From NCBI GenBank assembly GCA_026646655.1, contig JAPKHT010000006.1, positions 4,183 to 68,182 on the forward strand: a DNA stretch of 64,000 nucleotides, written 5' to 3'. The translations under genes and the position numbers were made by a program. Under the pieces are notes generated by a model. It saw nothing but the letters and a program-made list of their open reading frames with translations. It did no database searches and was not told where the DNA came from. This document shows, one piece after another, positions 45,714 through 54,868 of the stretch. How positions within the stretch are numbered: the stretch's first letter is position 1; every line of letters starts with the position of its first letter. Source of the DNA: Verrucomicrobiia bacterium (GTDB lineage Bacteria > Verrucomicrobiota > Verrucomicrobiia > JADLBR01).

Positions 45714-45777
45714 CCCGAGATGACCAGCCTCGCCCAAACCGGTGCTCCCTCCTCAGGCCCGGCGCCGCCGCCGGCCG

Positions 45778-46713
45778 TCAGCCCAGCCCCGCCAAGTACC
45801 GCTCGGCCTCGATCGCGGCCGCGCAACCGGTGCCCGCCGCCGTGATCGCCTGCCGAAAGACCCGGTCGGCGACATCGCCGGCCGCGAATACCCCTTCGAC
45901 GCTCGTCCGCGTCCCGCCCTTCAACGCGATGTACCCTTCAGCATCCAACTCCAGTTGCCCGCCCAGAAATGCCGCGTTGGGCACGTGCCCGATTGCCACG
46001 AAAAGACCGGCGCACCCCAGTTCCCGTTCCGCCCCCGTCACCACATCCCGCAGCCTGACCCCCGTCACCTTCCCGGCCCCCACACCGAGCACATCGGCCA
46101 CGACCGAATTCCAGCAGAACTCGATCTTCGGATTGCCGAGCGCCCGCTCCCCCATGATCTTCGACGCGCGCAACTGGTCCCGCCGGTGCACCACGAATAC
46201 CCGCGACCCGAATCGCGTCAGGTACATCGCCTCCTCCATCGCCGAATCCCCGCCACCCACCACGACCAGCGCCTGGTTCCGGAACATCGGCAGCGCTCCA
46301 TCGCAGGTGGCGCAATAGGTCACCCCCTTGTTCTCCAGCAATCGCTCGCTCTCCAGCCCCAGGTGCCGGTGCCCCGCCCCCGTCGCCACGATCAGCGTCC
46401 TCGCCAAGACCTCCCCATCGTCCGTCGCCAGCGCAAATGGCCGACGCGACAGGTCCACCTTCTCCACCTCGCCAAATCGCACCTCCGCCCCGAAACGCTC
46501 GGCCTGCTTCTGCATACCCGACATCAGGGCGAACCCATCCACGCCCTCCGGAAACCCGGGAAAGTTCTCCACGACGGTCGTCGTCGTCAGCAGGCCCCCC
46601 GGCATCCGCCCGGCCAGCACCAGCGGGGCCAGGTTGGCCCGCGCCGCATAGATCGCCGCCGTCAGCCCGGCGCACCCGCTGCCGACTATCACCACGTCCC
46701 TCACGTCGCCCAT
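45778..46713 (-). CDS. trxB: thioredoxin-disulfide reductase
   Basis: VVIVGSGCAGLTAAIYAAR, redox CATCDG, VVGGGDSAMEEA, FAAGDV. Confidence 0.93.
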   Translation of the reverse strand: MGDVRDVVIVGSGCAGLTAAIYAARANLAPLVLAGRMPGGLLTTTTVVENFPGFPEGVDGFALMSGMQKQAERFGAEVRFGEVEKVDLSRRPFALATDDGEVLARTLIVATGAGHRHLGLESERLLENKGVTYCATCDGALPMFRNQALVVVGGGDSAMEEAMYLTRFGSRVFVVHRRDQLRASKIMGERALGNPKIEFCWNSVVADVLGVGAGKVTGVRLRDVVTGAERELGCAGLFVAIGHVPNAAFLGGQLELDAEGYIALKGGTRTSVEGVFAAGDVADRVFRQAITAAGTGCAAAIEAERYLAGLG

Positions 46714-46806
46714 CTCTGCCTCCGCTCCGCCTGTCTGCGGGACCGCCCCGCCATCGACCGCCGCGTTTCATTGCAGATGTGCCCCCCTTTGTCTATCAAA
46801 ACCGAT

Positions 46807-47187
46807 ATGCCTAAACCTGACATGCTCGAGCAGATCTGGGACCTCCAGCGCGCCCTCAACCTCCGCATCGGCGTCGATACCGCCTCCATGAACGAGGAGG
46901 AGAAGACCCGCTGGGCCCTCAACTACTGCCGCGCCATGTCCCAGGAGATCGCCGAACTCACCGACAGCGTCCCCTGGAAATGGTGGGCCAAGTACCAGAA
47001 GTTCGACGAGCAGAATGCCCGCGTCGAGGTCGTCGATCTCTTTCACTTCCTCATCTCCATCGCCCAGGTCCTCGGCATGAGCGCCGCCGACGTCCACGCC
47101 GCCTACCTCAAGAAAAACGAGGTCAATCTCAAGCGGCAGGACACCGGCTACACCACCAAGGACGAGACCGACTCCAGGCACATCTAG
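46807..47187 (+). CDS. all-alpha NTP pyrophosphohydrolase, dimeric dUTPase/MazG-like
   Basis: ATG 46807 inside ORF 45742..47187. LEQIWDLQRALNLRI...ALNYCRAMSQEIAELTDSVPWKWWAKY...VEVVDLFHFLISIAQ fits the dUTPase_2 pattern. Confidence 0.65.
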   Translation: MPKPDMLEQIWDLQRALNLRIGVDTASMNEEEKTRWALNYCRAMSQEIAELTDSVPWKWWAKYQKFDEQNARVEVVDLFHFLISIAQVLGMSAADVHAAYLKKNEVNLKRQDTGYTTKDETDSRHI

Positions 47188-47394
47188 CAGCCTGTCGGAC
47201 TTCGCCCAGTCCGCCAGGCTGCTAGATAGCAAAACCGCCTTAATGATAGATAGTTATAACGGTGCCCCAAGGGATATCGCAAGATCTCGTGCGCTTTGAC
47301 CCAACAATTCACTATCCTACGGAACCCGCTCATTTTCAGGAAGAAGGCGGTGTTGCCAGAGGAGTTTGCCGGACGAAGTCCGACAAACTCCTAG
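47184..47394 (+). repeat. 211-nt structured AT-richer element, copy 2
   Basis: Direct repeat of 25576..25787 with the same three stems. CTAG at both ends. The first CTAG contains the TAG stop of the preceding gene. Confidence 0.85.
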
Positions 47395-47414
47395 CGACGA
47401 CCCGGCGGCTCCCC

Positions 47415-48041
47415 ATGGCGGCACCCCTCACCGAGTTCGCGCCCGGCCCCATCCTGATCTCCGCGGGTGCGATCCGCCGCCGCACCGCCCGCCTCGCGCG
47501 CGAGATCTCCGCCCGCTACCGCCGCCGCGACCTCGTCTTGCTCGGCATCCTCAACGGATCGCTCTTCTTCCTCGCCGACCTAGCCCGCCATCTCTCGGTG
47601 CCGTTCCGGCTCGAGTGCTGGAGGATCCGCAGCTACGTCGGGAAAACCACCCGCAGCTCCGGCGCCGTCCATGGCATAGGCACCGCGCCGGGGGATTTCC
47701 GCGGCGCCGACGTCCTCCTCGTCGATGACATTCTCGATACGGGCATCACCCTCGCGGCCGCCCGGGCCCGCCTGCTCGCGCTCGGCGCCCGCTCCGTGCG
47801 CGTCTGTGTCCTTGTGCGCAAGCGCCGCCGCCGCGCGCGACCCGCCCGCGCCCATTGGGTCGGATTCGATATCGGCGACGAATTCGTCGTCGGCTTTGGC
47901 CTCGACTACGATGGGCGGTTCCGCGGCCTGCCGGACATCCGCGCCCTCAGGCCGGCCATTCCCCGCACGCGGCGCCGCGCCTCGAAGACGGATCCGGGCC
48001 TCAAACCGACAAAGACGCGGAAATCGCGAACATCTCGCTGA
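47415..48041 (+). CDS. hpt: hypoxanthine phosphoribosyltransferase with basic C-terminal tail
   Basis: ATG 47415. VLLGILNGSLFFLADLAR, PRPP motif VLLVDDILDTGITL, GFGLDYDGRFRGLPDI. Confidence 0.85.
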   Translation: MAAPLTEFAPGPILISAGAIRRRTARLAREISARYRRRDLVLLGILNGSLFFLADLARHLSVPFRLECWRIRSYVGKTTRSSGAVHGIGTAPGDFRGADVLLVDDILDTGITLAAARARLLALGARSVRVCVLVRKRRRRARPARAHWVGFDIGDEFVVGFGLDYDGRFRGLPDIRALRPAIPRTRRRASKTDPGLKPTKTRKSRTSR

Positions 48042-48093
48042 CGCGCGGTCGGCCGCGCCCGCGGGCATCGCCTTGCCGGAAGAATCCCCCCCC

Positions 48094-50709
48094 TTACTCC
48101 GGGTCGAACTTGCCCTCGAGCAGCATCCGGCGTTTCTCCAGGAGGCTCTCGGGAAAGACGCGCATGCTCGTCTCCTGCAACCTGACCACATCGGCCTCGG
48201 AAAATGCCCAGTACTCCTTCTCGTCCTTCCAAGCCCTGAAGAAAACGACGTATTTCCCGGGGGACACGCTGGCGTTCTCGTCGAGTTTGGCGAAGACGTA
48301 CTTCCCGTCCGACCTCGCGGCGCTCTCGACCAGCCTGAACTTCTCTGGCAGCGCATCCATCTGCGCCACGAGTTCGGCCTCGATCTTCTTCGGGTCGAAC
48401 CCGCCCGCGCCCATGGCCTTCCGGGCCGCGTCGGCGGCATCCTGGGCCGCCTTGAGCTGCTGCTCGGCCTTCGCCATGGCCGCCCGCGCTTTCTCGACCT
48501 CGGCCTTCTGCTTCTCGATGATTCCGCCAAACTGCCCCTGCGACAACCTGAACTCTTCTTGGAGCGCCACCCTCTGCGACTTCCAGTACTCGAAATAGCC
48601 GCGCCACTGCGACAGTTGCTCCTCGGCCCAGGCCTGCTCGGCCTTCCGGTCCACGCCCGCCCCGGCGCCGTATAGCCCGGTCCTGAATCGGCTCACCACG
48701 ATGTCTGGCTCGGTCTCCGCGGGATCTTCCGCGAAGTCGATCTTGATCCGCTGCGCCCTGTCGGCGATCGCCCGCTGGAAGTTCTGCCGCGTGCTCGCCA
48801 GTTCTGCCTCGAGCGCCTTGAACCGCGCCTCAAATTGCTCCTGGCTCTGGGCGTTGATACCGACCGCCTCCTGCTTGTGCTTGACCTCGAGTGCGGCAAA
48901 CGCCTGCTTGGCCGCGGCCACCGGTGCCTCCGCTTCCTTGGCCATCCTTTCCGCCGCCGCCACGGCCTGCTCCCGCCGGGCCTGCTCCTGGCGCAGTGGC
49001 TCCAGCTGCTCCAGATACCGCTGGTGCAGGCGCTCGACCTCCGCCACCAACGGGTTCATCAGGTACGCGCTGTCAGAGACCTTGTAGCCGTCCAGCATCG
49101 GCTGGCAGACCAGGCGCGTCTCGCGCGTCTGCATCCAATAGAAGTACGCGGCGGCGGCGCCTGCCCCCAAGAGCACCAGCAGGAAGAGCGAAGACCATAG
49201 CCGCGATCCGCGCCGCCTGGCCGCCAGACTCGCGGGCGCCGCGCCCTGGGCCGACGCCACGATGGGTTGCCCGATCCCCTTCACGGTCGCGGCCCCCGCC
49301 GCCGGCACTCTTCGTGGCACGGCGGGCCCGGCCACGGAACCAGACGGGACCGGTGCCTGGGAAGGCAAAGCCGTCCCCGGCGCCGCACCCGCGCCCGACA
49401 CCGCGTCCGTCGCCTTCGCCGCCACGACCACCGCAGCCTGCAATGGGGGCCCCGCCTTCGGCGGCGCGGGCATCGGCGGAGGCACCGGTGGCTTCCCAGC
49501 CAAGCCAACGGCACTCGGCGCAGCGGGCCCAGCGGGAACCACTGTCGCCGGAAGCGGCGGAGCCACGGGCACCGGAGCCCCCGCCATGCGCGGCGGCGGC
49601 ACCGGTGCGGGTGATGGTCTGGTTGCGGGCACCGCGACGGGCGGCGCCTCCCCAGTCTCACCCACCCCCGCATCCAGCACGGGCAACTCCCTGAACCTGA
49701 AATTCGGCGGGACCTTCGCGACGGCGGGACCCTGCGGTTGCGGACTGCCCATCGGCGTGGCCACCGGCTGCGGCGATGCCTCCGGCACAGGGGACGGCGC
49801 CGGCGCAAACGGTCCGGGCAACCGCGCCTCCACGTCGGCCGACTGGGCCGGGAGCGACCCCACCGAAACGGGCGGCGTTGGCGAAACCACAGGCGCCGGT
49901 CCCGCCGGTCGCCGAACAGCGGGCGGCACCATCGCAGGCCCTGAAATCGGTGCCGGCGCCGGTGCCGCAGGAGCCATCGGCGCAGGACGAGGCGGGGCAC
50001 TGGGACCGGCGACCCAGGCCGGGGGATGCGCGAGATGCGGCGCGTCAGAGGCAGCCCTCGGTTCCCGCGGGGGCAGTGGCTTCAGTGTCTGGGTCTTTCT
50101 GCCGCCAGACATCCATGGCGGCCGCACCTTTTCGCCGCCTCCAACCTCCTCCGTGGGCGCCTTTGACACAGGACCGATGCCGGGTGAAAACGCCTGTGCG
50201 GCCACGCCGGCAATCGGTCGCGGCGGTGCCACCGGCTGCGGCACCACTCCCGATCCCGATGGAAGGGGTGGCACACTGGGCACCGGCGGAACACCAAAGA
50301 CAGCGGGTGCCCCTGGGATCTTGGGCGCCTGAGCCGAAACTCCGGGCGCGACCGGAGGCGGCGGCACCGGCACCGCGGGCCGCATCATTCCCTGCGCGGG
50401 CATCGGCGGCAGTGGCGGCACCGGTCGCGGCCCGGCGCCCACACCCCCGTGCGCCTGCCGTCGCACCGCCGACGCGTAATCGATCTTCTCGGTCCCTGCC
50501 TTCCCTCCCTCCCGCCTCGGCAGCGGTGGTGGTACGGGCACCGGCGCGCCCGAAACCACAGGCGGCGGCGCAGGCGGCGGACTCGCAATCATCTGATCGC
50601 GCAGGCTCGGCGTCCCCTTGCCCGGACTCGGCGCCCTCACCGCACCCGGTTCGTCCGGGTTCTTCTTCCCGCCGAACAGGTTGGCCAGCCTCGAGCTAAA
50701 ATTGCCCAT
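48094..50709 (-). CDS. bitopic protein: ~500-aa proline-rich disordered N-terminal region, one TM helix, coiled-coil plus globular C-terminal region
   Basis: 871 aa. MGNFSSRLANLFGGKK..., long PxP/PPP tracts, TM LWSSLFLLVLLGAGAAAAYFYW, then heptad-like Ala/Glu/Gln/Lys-rich segments and KYVFAKLDENASVSPGKYVVFFRAW. Confidence 0.65.
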   Translation of the reverse strand: MGNFSSRLANLFGGKKNPDEPGAVRAPSPGKGTPSLRDQMIASPPPAPPPVVSGAPVPVPPPLPRREGGKAGTEKIDYASAVRRQAHGGVGAGPRPVPPLPPMPAQGMMRPAVPVPPPPVAPGVSAQAPKIPGAPAVFGVPPVPSVPPLPSGSGVVPQPVAPPRPIAGVAAQAFSPGIGPVSKAPTEEVGGGEKVRPPWMSGGRKTQTLKPLPPREPRAASDAPHLAHPPAWVAGPSAPPRPAPMAPAAPAPAPISGPAMVPPAVRRPAGPAPVVSPTPPVSVGSLPAQSADVEARLPGPFAPAPSPVPEASPQPVATPMGSPQPQGPAVAKVPPNFRFRELPVLDAGVGETGEAPPVAVPATRPSPAPVPPPRMAGAPVPVAPPLPATVVPAGPAAPSAVGLAGKPPVPPPMPAPPKAGPPLQAAVVVAAKATDAVSGAGAAPGTALPSQAPVPSGSVAGPAVPRRVPAAGAATVKGIGQPIVASAQGAAPASLAARRRGSRLWSSLFLLVLLGAGAAAAYFYWMQTRETRLVCQPMLDGYKVSDSAYLMNPLVAEVERLHQRYLEQLEPLRQEQARREQAVAAAERMAKEAEAPVAAAKQAFAALEVKHKQEAVGINAQSQEQFEARFKALEAELASTRQNFQRAIADRAQRIKIDFAEDPAETEPDIVVSRFRTGLYGAGAGVDRKAEQAWAEEQLSQWRGYFEYWKSQRVALQEEFRLSQGQFGGIIEKQKAEVEKARAAMAKAEQQLKAAQDAADAARKAMGAGGFDPKKIEAELVAQMDALPEKFRLVESAARSDGKYVFAKLDENASVSPGKYVVFFRAWKDEKEYWAFSEADVVRLQETSMRVFPESLLEKRRMLLEGKFDPE

Positions 50710-50713
50710 TTGA

Positions 50714-51226
50714 TCAACTTAACTTATTTGCCCCGGCGTCAACCACGAAAAAACGCTTCCCCCCAAACCGGGGCAGGACCATCCCGGTCAATTCGCGAAG
50801 TCCGTCCCGATAGCTGCAGCACGTCACCCAATAATCGCACTCGCCCCCTCGCAGCGCACGCGCCACCTGGGCCCTATCCTCGTAACTCATGTAGCTCGCC
50901 TCAAGTCCAAAGATGTCGATCGCCGCATGGTGACACTCGGTCCATTCGGAACCCATATGGGCGATCCGCAGCCGCTTCTGCAGCGCCCGCGCCGATGAGA
51001 AAATGATCTGATACACCGAGCGCAGGGCCGAATCCGATAGCGGTCCGCCGTTTTCCTTCGACAACCGCGCCACAAGTCTCGCCTCCCGCGCGGGATCAAA
51101 AACCCCCCGCCCAGAACTAGCCTTCGCCCGCCCGATCTCCTGAACCAGGCTCAGGCGCTTGTTCAGCAGCTTGAGGATCTGGCTGTCCAGGGCGTCGATC
51201 CGCAACCTCAGCGTCTCGATTTTCAT
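50714..51226 (-). CDS. chorismate mutase (AroQ/CM_2) with short prephenate-dehydratase-like remnant
   Basis: LRLRIDALDSQILKLLNKRLSLVQEIGRAK...FDPAREARL (CM_2). Then RIAHMGSEWTECHHAAIDIFG...GGECDYWV resembles only the first ~50 aa of a PDT domain. Total 170 aa. Confidence 0.75.
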   Translation of the reverse strand: MKIETLRLRIDALDSQILKLLNKRLSLVQEIGRAKASSGRGVFDPAREARLVARLSKENGGPLSDSALRSVYQIIFSSARALQKRLRIAHMGSEWTECHHAAIDIFGLEASYMSYEDRAQVARALRGGECDYWVTCCSYRDGLRELTGMVLPRFGGKRFFVVDAGANKLS

Positions 51227-51845
51227 CGCTCAGCGGCAGAACCCCATCGACCGATCCCTGTTGAAGGGCCGGCGGCTTGGGCAACGGGACCCTCCTAAGT
51301 TCCTCCGCATTAGGCAATTCATCTAGCGACCTGAGCCCAAAATGCTCAAGGAAAAATTCGGTGGTCTCGTAGACCAGCGGCCTGCCGGGCAGGTCGGCCC
51401 TGCCCCGCGCCGTCACGAGTCCCCGCTCCTGGATCGTCGTGAGCACCGCATCCACCGACACGCCACGCACCGCCTCGATCTCGGCGCGCGACACGGGCTG
51501 CCGATACGCGATGATCGCCAGCGTCTCCAGCGCCGGCCCGCTCAGCCGCGGCGCGCGCGAGCGCTCGTACAGCAGCCTCACCCATGCCACGTATTCCGGA
51601 CGCGTGGCCAGCTGGTAGCCGCCCGCCAGTTCCTCCAGCACGTAGCTCCGCTTCTCCGCCTCGATCTCCGACCGGATCTCCTCGATCACCCGCGTGACCT
51701 CCGCCTCCCTGGCCGATGCCATCGCCACCGTGTCGTCGTCCTGCTGCAACTCCGCCGCCTCGGCCAGCAGTTTCCGGATGTCCTTGCCCGAGAGTGGCCC
51801 GTTCGCCGCAAAGAGCAGCGCCTCGATGACTTGCTTCAGCGTCAT
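51117..51845 (-). CDS. scpB: segregation and condensation protein B
   Basis: VIEALLFAANGPLS, LAGGYQLATRPEY, LETLAIIAYRQPVSRAEIEAVRGV, GRADLPGRPLVYETTEFFLEHFGL. The low-complexity tail overlaps the chorismate mutase start by 110 nt. Confidence 0.8.
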   Translation of the reverse strand: MTLKQVIEALLFAANGPLSGKDIRKLLAEAAELQQDDDTVAMASAREAEVTRVIEEIRSEIEAEKRSYVLEELAGGYQLATRPEYVAWVRLLYERSRAPRLSGPALETLAIIAYRQPVSRAEIEAVRGVSVDAVLTTIQERGLVTARGRADLPGRPLVYETTEFFLEHFGLRSLDELPNAEELRRVPLPKPPALQQGSVDGVLPLSDENRDAEVADRRPGQPDPQAAEQAPEPGSGDRAGEG

Positions 51846-52591
51846 GCCGCCTCCACCCGGACGATCTCGATCTCGCCAAACTGCCGCGGCTGCCGCGCCG
51901 CGATGAACCGCAGGCGGATCAACTCCAGTATCGCAAGAAACGTCACCACCACCTCGGTCCTCGACGCCGACCCCTCGAACAGATCCGCGAACATCCGCCG
52001 CCGCTCCGTCGCAAAGACCTGCCTCACGAACTCGATCTTGTCGGCGACCGTGAACCGCTCCTCGAAAATGTCCCGCAGGTTGTCCGCCTTCTGAACCCGG
52101 TCCAGGATCTTCTTGAAGGCGGTGATCAGGTCAAATATCCCCGCTTCGCCCGCCGGCGGCGCCGGCACCGGCGCGAATTCGGGCTTGGCCGGCTTTCGCG
52201 GAAACACCCGCTCGCGATCCGCCTCCCTGAGCCTCAGGTCGAACGCGACATCCTTGAACTTCTTGTACTCGACCAGCTGCCGGATCAGCTCCCAGCGCGG
52301 ATCGTCCTCCTCCTCCGCCTCCTCGTCGATCGCCTGCTGGTCCACCGGCAAGAGCATCCGGCTCTTGATATACAAGAGGGTCGCGGCCATCACCAGGAAC
52401 TCCCCCGCCAGCTCCAGGTTGAGCATCTGCATCAGGTCGAGGTACTCCACGTACTGGGTCGTCACCTGCTCGATCGGGATATCGTAGATGTCCAGCTCGT
52501 CCTTCCGGATCAGGTACAGCAGCAGGTCCAGCGGCCCCTCGAAAACCGGAAGCCGCACCTGCAAATCCCGCCCCGTCTCAAGGCTCAGCAC
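51842..52591 (-). CDS. scpA: segregation and condensation protein A
   Basis: GTG 52591 (overlaps the trpS stop). LPVFEGPLDLLLYLIRKDELDIYDIPI..VT.QY, LAGEFLVMAATLLYIKSRMLLP. ATGA overlap with scpB. Confidence 0.8.
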   Translation of the reverse strand: MLSLETGRDLQVRLPVFEGPLDLLLYLIRKDELDIYDIPIEQVTTQYVEYLDLMQMLNLELAGEFLVMAATLLYIKSRMLLPVDQQAIDEEAEEEDDPRWELIRQLVEYKKFKDVAFDLRLREADRERVFPRKPAKPEFAPVPAPPAGEAGIFDLITAFKKILDRVQKADNLRDIFEERFTVADKIEFVRQVFATERRRMFADLFEGSASRTEVVVTFLAILELIRLRFIAARQPRQFGEIEIVRVEAA

Positions 52592-53547
52592 AGGCCCACC
52601 GCCTCCCTCACCCGCCCCAGCACCGCCCGCGCCACCGACCGCGCCCGCGCCGCGCCCCCCGCCAGCACCTCGTCCACCCGCGCCGGCGACGCCTCCAGTT
52701 CCGCACGCCTCCGCCGATACTCCGCGAAATGGCCCCACAGCGCGCGGAACAGCTCCTTCTTGTACTCGCCGTAGCCCGTCCCGCCCGCCAAAAACGACGC
52801 CTCCATCGCCCGGCACTCACCCTCCGTCGCCACGAGCCGATACAATTGCAGGATCAGCGACCCCTCCACCGCCTTGGGCGCCTCCACAGGCGTCGAGTCC
52901 GTCTTGATCCCCATCACCTTCTTCCGGAACGAGGCCTCCGGCTCCGAGAGGTAAATCCCGTTGTCATAAGACTTCGACATCTTCTGGCCGTCGAGCCCCG
53001 GCACCACCGCCACCTCGTCCCGGATCTCGGGCTCCGGCATCCGCAGCACCTCGCCGTACGCCTCGTTGAACTTGATCGCGATGTCGCGCGCCACCTCCAC
53101 GTGCTGCTTCTGGTCCCGGCCCACCGGAACCAGGTCGGAGTCGTAGATCAGGATGTCCGCCGCCATGAGGACCGGATACGCGAACAAACCGTGGCTCGCC
53201 GAGATCCCCCGCGCCACCTTGTCCTTGTACGAATGGCAGCGCTGCAAGAGCCCCATCGGCGTCACGGTCGACAGGATCCACGACAGCTCGGTCACCTCGG
53301 GGACGTCGCTCTGCCGGAAGAGCGCCGACCTCCCAGGGTCTAGCCCCGCCGCCAGCAGGTCCATCGCCACCTCGCGGCTGAAGCGCCGCAGGTCGCCCGG
53401 ATTCTGGATGCTGGTCAGGGCGTGGTAGTCCGCGATGAAGTAGAATGCCTCGCCCTTCTCCTGCAACTCGATCGCGGGCCGCATCATCCCGAAATAATTC
53501 CCGAGATGCAGCCGCCCGCTGGGCTGGATGCCAGACAAAATCCTCAT
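52585..53547 (-). CDS. trpS: tryptophanyl-tRNA synthetase
   Basis: MRILSGIQPSGRLHLGNYFG (HIGH-type), KMSKSYDN (KMSKS). Confidence 0.93.
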   Translation of the reverse strand: MRILSGIQPSGRLHLGNYFGMMRPAIELQEKGEAFYFIADYHALTSIQNPGDLRRFSREVAMDLLAAGLDPGRSALFRQSDVPEVTELSWILSTVTPMGLLQRCHSYKDKVARGISASHGLFAYPVLMAADILIYDSDLVPVGRDQKQHVEVARDIAIKFNEAYGEVLRMPEPEIRDEVAVVPGLDGQKMSKSYDNGIYLSEPEASFRKKVMGIKTDSTPVEAPKAVEGSLILQLYRLVATEGECRAMEASFLAGGTGYGEYKKELFRALWGHFAEYRRRRAELEASPARVDEVLAGGAARARSVARAVLGRVREAVGLC

Positions 53548-53747
53548 CCCTCGCCCCCGCGCTCACCAATGACTAGAATCGGCTCAAACATGGAATGTCC
53601 ACGCATAGCACCCGCGACCCACTCGGCAAGCCCTAGAAAGCGCCCCCGATCCTCCTATAATCGCTGGTTTTCGAGCGATCCATCTCCCGCTCGCGGGTCG
53701 GATGAATTCGAGGCTGGTTGCCGAGAGAATGAGCGAGAGGAAAACGC

Positions 53748-54461
53748 TCACTCCACCCCCCGCCCATACACCTCGACCTCCGTGAATCGATTCATTTCGT
53801 CGGTGGTGCTTCCGCTGGTGTTGACCCGCACGTACCGGCAGCGCGCGCCCTTGGCATCGATGACCCTGCCGCGATGCGTCTCGACCCAGGCCAGGTCCCG
53901 TCCCGCCCCGAAGCCCGACGAGTTGTCGTGGTCGTTATTGAATAGAACCCTGCCCCCATCCCGGAAATCCGGGTCATCCGACACTTGAACCACGACATCG
54001 TGAATCGCCCGCTGTTCCCCATGGAAAAACCACGGCACGACGGCAAAGACCTCACTTTCAACGCCAAGGTCGATCTGCACCCACTGTTTGCCAGGCCCGA
54101 GTTCCACGAACGAACCGTCCTGGCCAGCCTTGTCCCCATCGGTCACCATGCCCGGGTCCCCGACCATCGGGAAGGCGTCGCTGGCGGTGACCGGTTTCCC
54201 CTTCGCGAGGTTGTGCGATCCCAACGGCATCAGCAGTGGCGGAACCGATTCGGGCGGCGTCCGGTCCATGTGCGGAAGGCTGATCGGTTTCGGCGTGCCG
54301 ACCTGCTGCGCCTTCGGCAGCTCCAGCTCCAGCGGAACCATCACGTGCCCGGCCGACTGCGTCGCGGGTGCCCCAGGGCCGACGAACCGCCCCGGTTCCC
54401 CCGCGAGTGAGACCGCCGGGCCGGCCGCCAACATCCAAAACCAACATGCCGTCCGCCGCAT
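53748..54461 (-). CDS. secreted F5/8 type C (discoidin) domain protein
   Basis: Signal peptide MRRTACWFWMLAAGPAVSLAG. NLAKGKPVTASD...VTDGDK...W.QIDLG....V.AVV...........VQVSDD...............RYVRV: the discoidin/CBM32-like pattern. Confidence 0.65.
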   Translation of the reverse strand: MRRTACWFWMLAAGPAVSLAGEPGRFVGPGAPATQSAGHVMVPLELELPKAQQVGTPKPISLPHMDRTPPESVPPLLMPLGSHNLAKGKPVTASDAFPMVGDPGMVTDGDKAGQDGSFVELGPGKQWVQIDLGVESEVFAVVPWFFHGEQRAIHDVVVQVSDDPDFRDGGRVLFNNDHDNSSGFGAGRDLAWVETHRGRVIDAKGARCRYVRVNTSGSTTDEMNRFTEVEVYGRGVE

Positions 54462-54500
54462 ACGCCCTCGCTTCACACCGCGCCCGATCAATGGCTTCTC

Positions 54501-54845
54501 TTACTTCCCTTGCACATCCTCGATCCGCTGCTCCTTGGACCGCACCCTCACCAGGTAGGCCACGACGCCCAGCCACGTCGGGAGCATCTCGACGCCCGGC
54601 AACACCTCGGCCAAGAAGGCCGGCAGCAGCAGCAGGTGAAAACCCAGCAGCCGCCACAGGGCCACCATCGCCACCAGATCCACGGCATCGTCGAACCATA
54701 GCGGTAACAGCGTCGTGCCCGCGAACATCCACTGGATGATGTCCGCCGCCGCCGCCGCCACGAACGCCAGCGCGATCCGCCGCCTCGTCAGCAGCGGCAC
54801 CTGAAGCAGCCCCGCCCATCCGCCCTTTTCGTTTGCCCCGTCCAT
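54501..54845 (-). CDS. small membrane protein (114 aa)
   Basis: Three hydrophobic segments (IALAFVAAAAADIIQWMF, LVAMVALWRLLGFHLLLLPAFLA, LPTWLGVVAYLV). No family recognised. Confidence 0.45.
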   Translation of the reverse strand: MDGANEKGGWAGLLQVPLLTRRRIALAFVAAAAADIIQWMFAGTTLLPLWFDDAVDLVAMVALWRLLGFHLLLLPAFLAEVLPGVEMLPTWLGVVAYLVRVRSKEQRIEDVQGK

Positions 54846-54868
54846 GCCGCGTCCTATCGTGCCTGCCA

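Noticed and set aside
53548-53747. T-box or other leader upstream of trpS
   Set aside because: There is no specifier-loop or T-box consensus (AGAGA/GNUGGNA-type elements), and no terminator/antiterminator pair is visible. Only a weak 6-bp hairpin is present, probably the terminator of the upstream discoidin gene.
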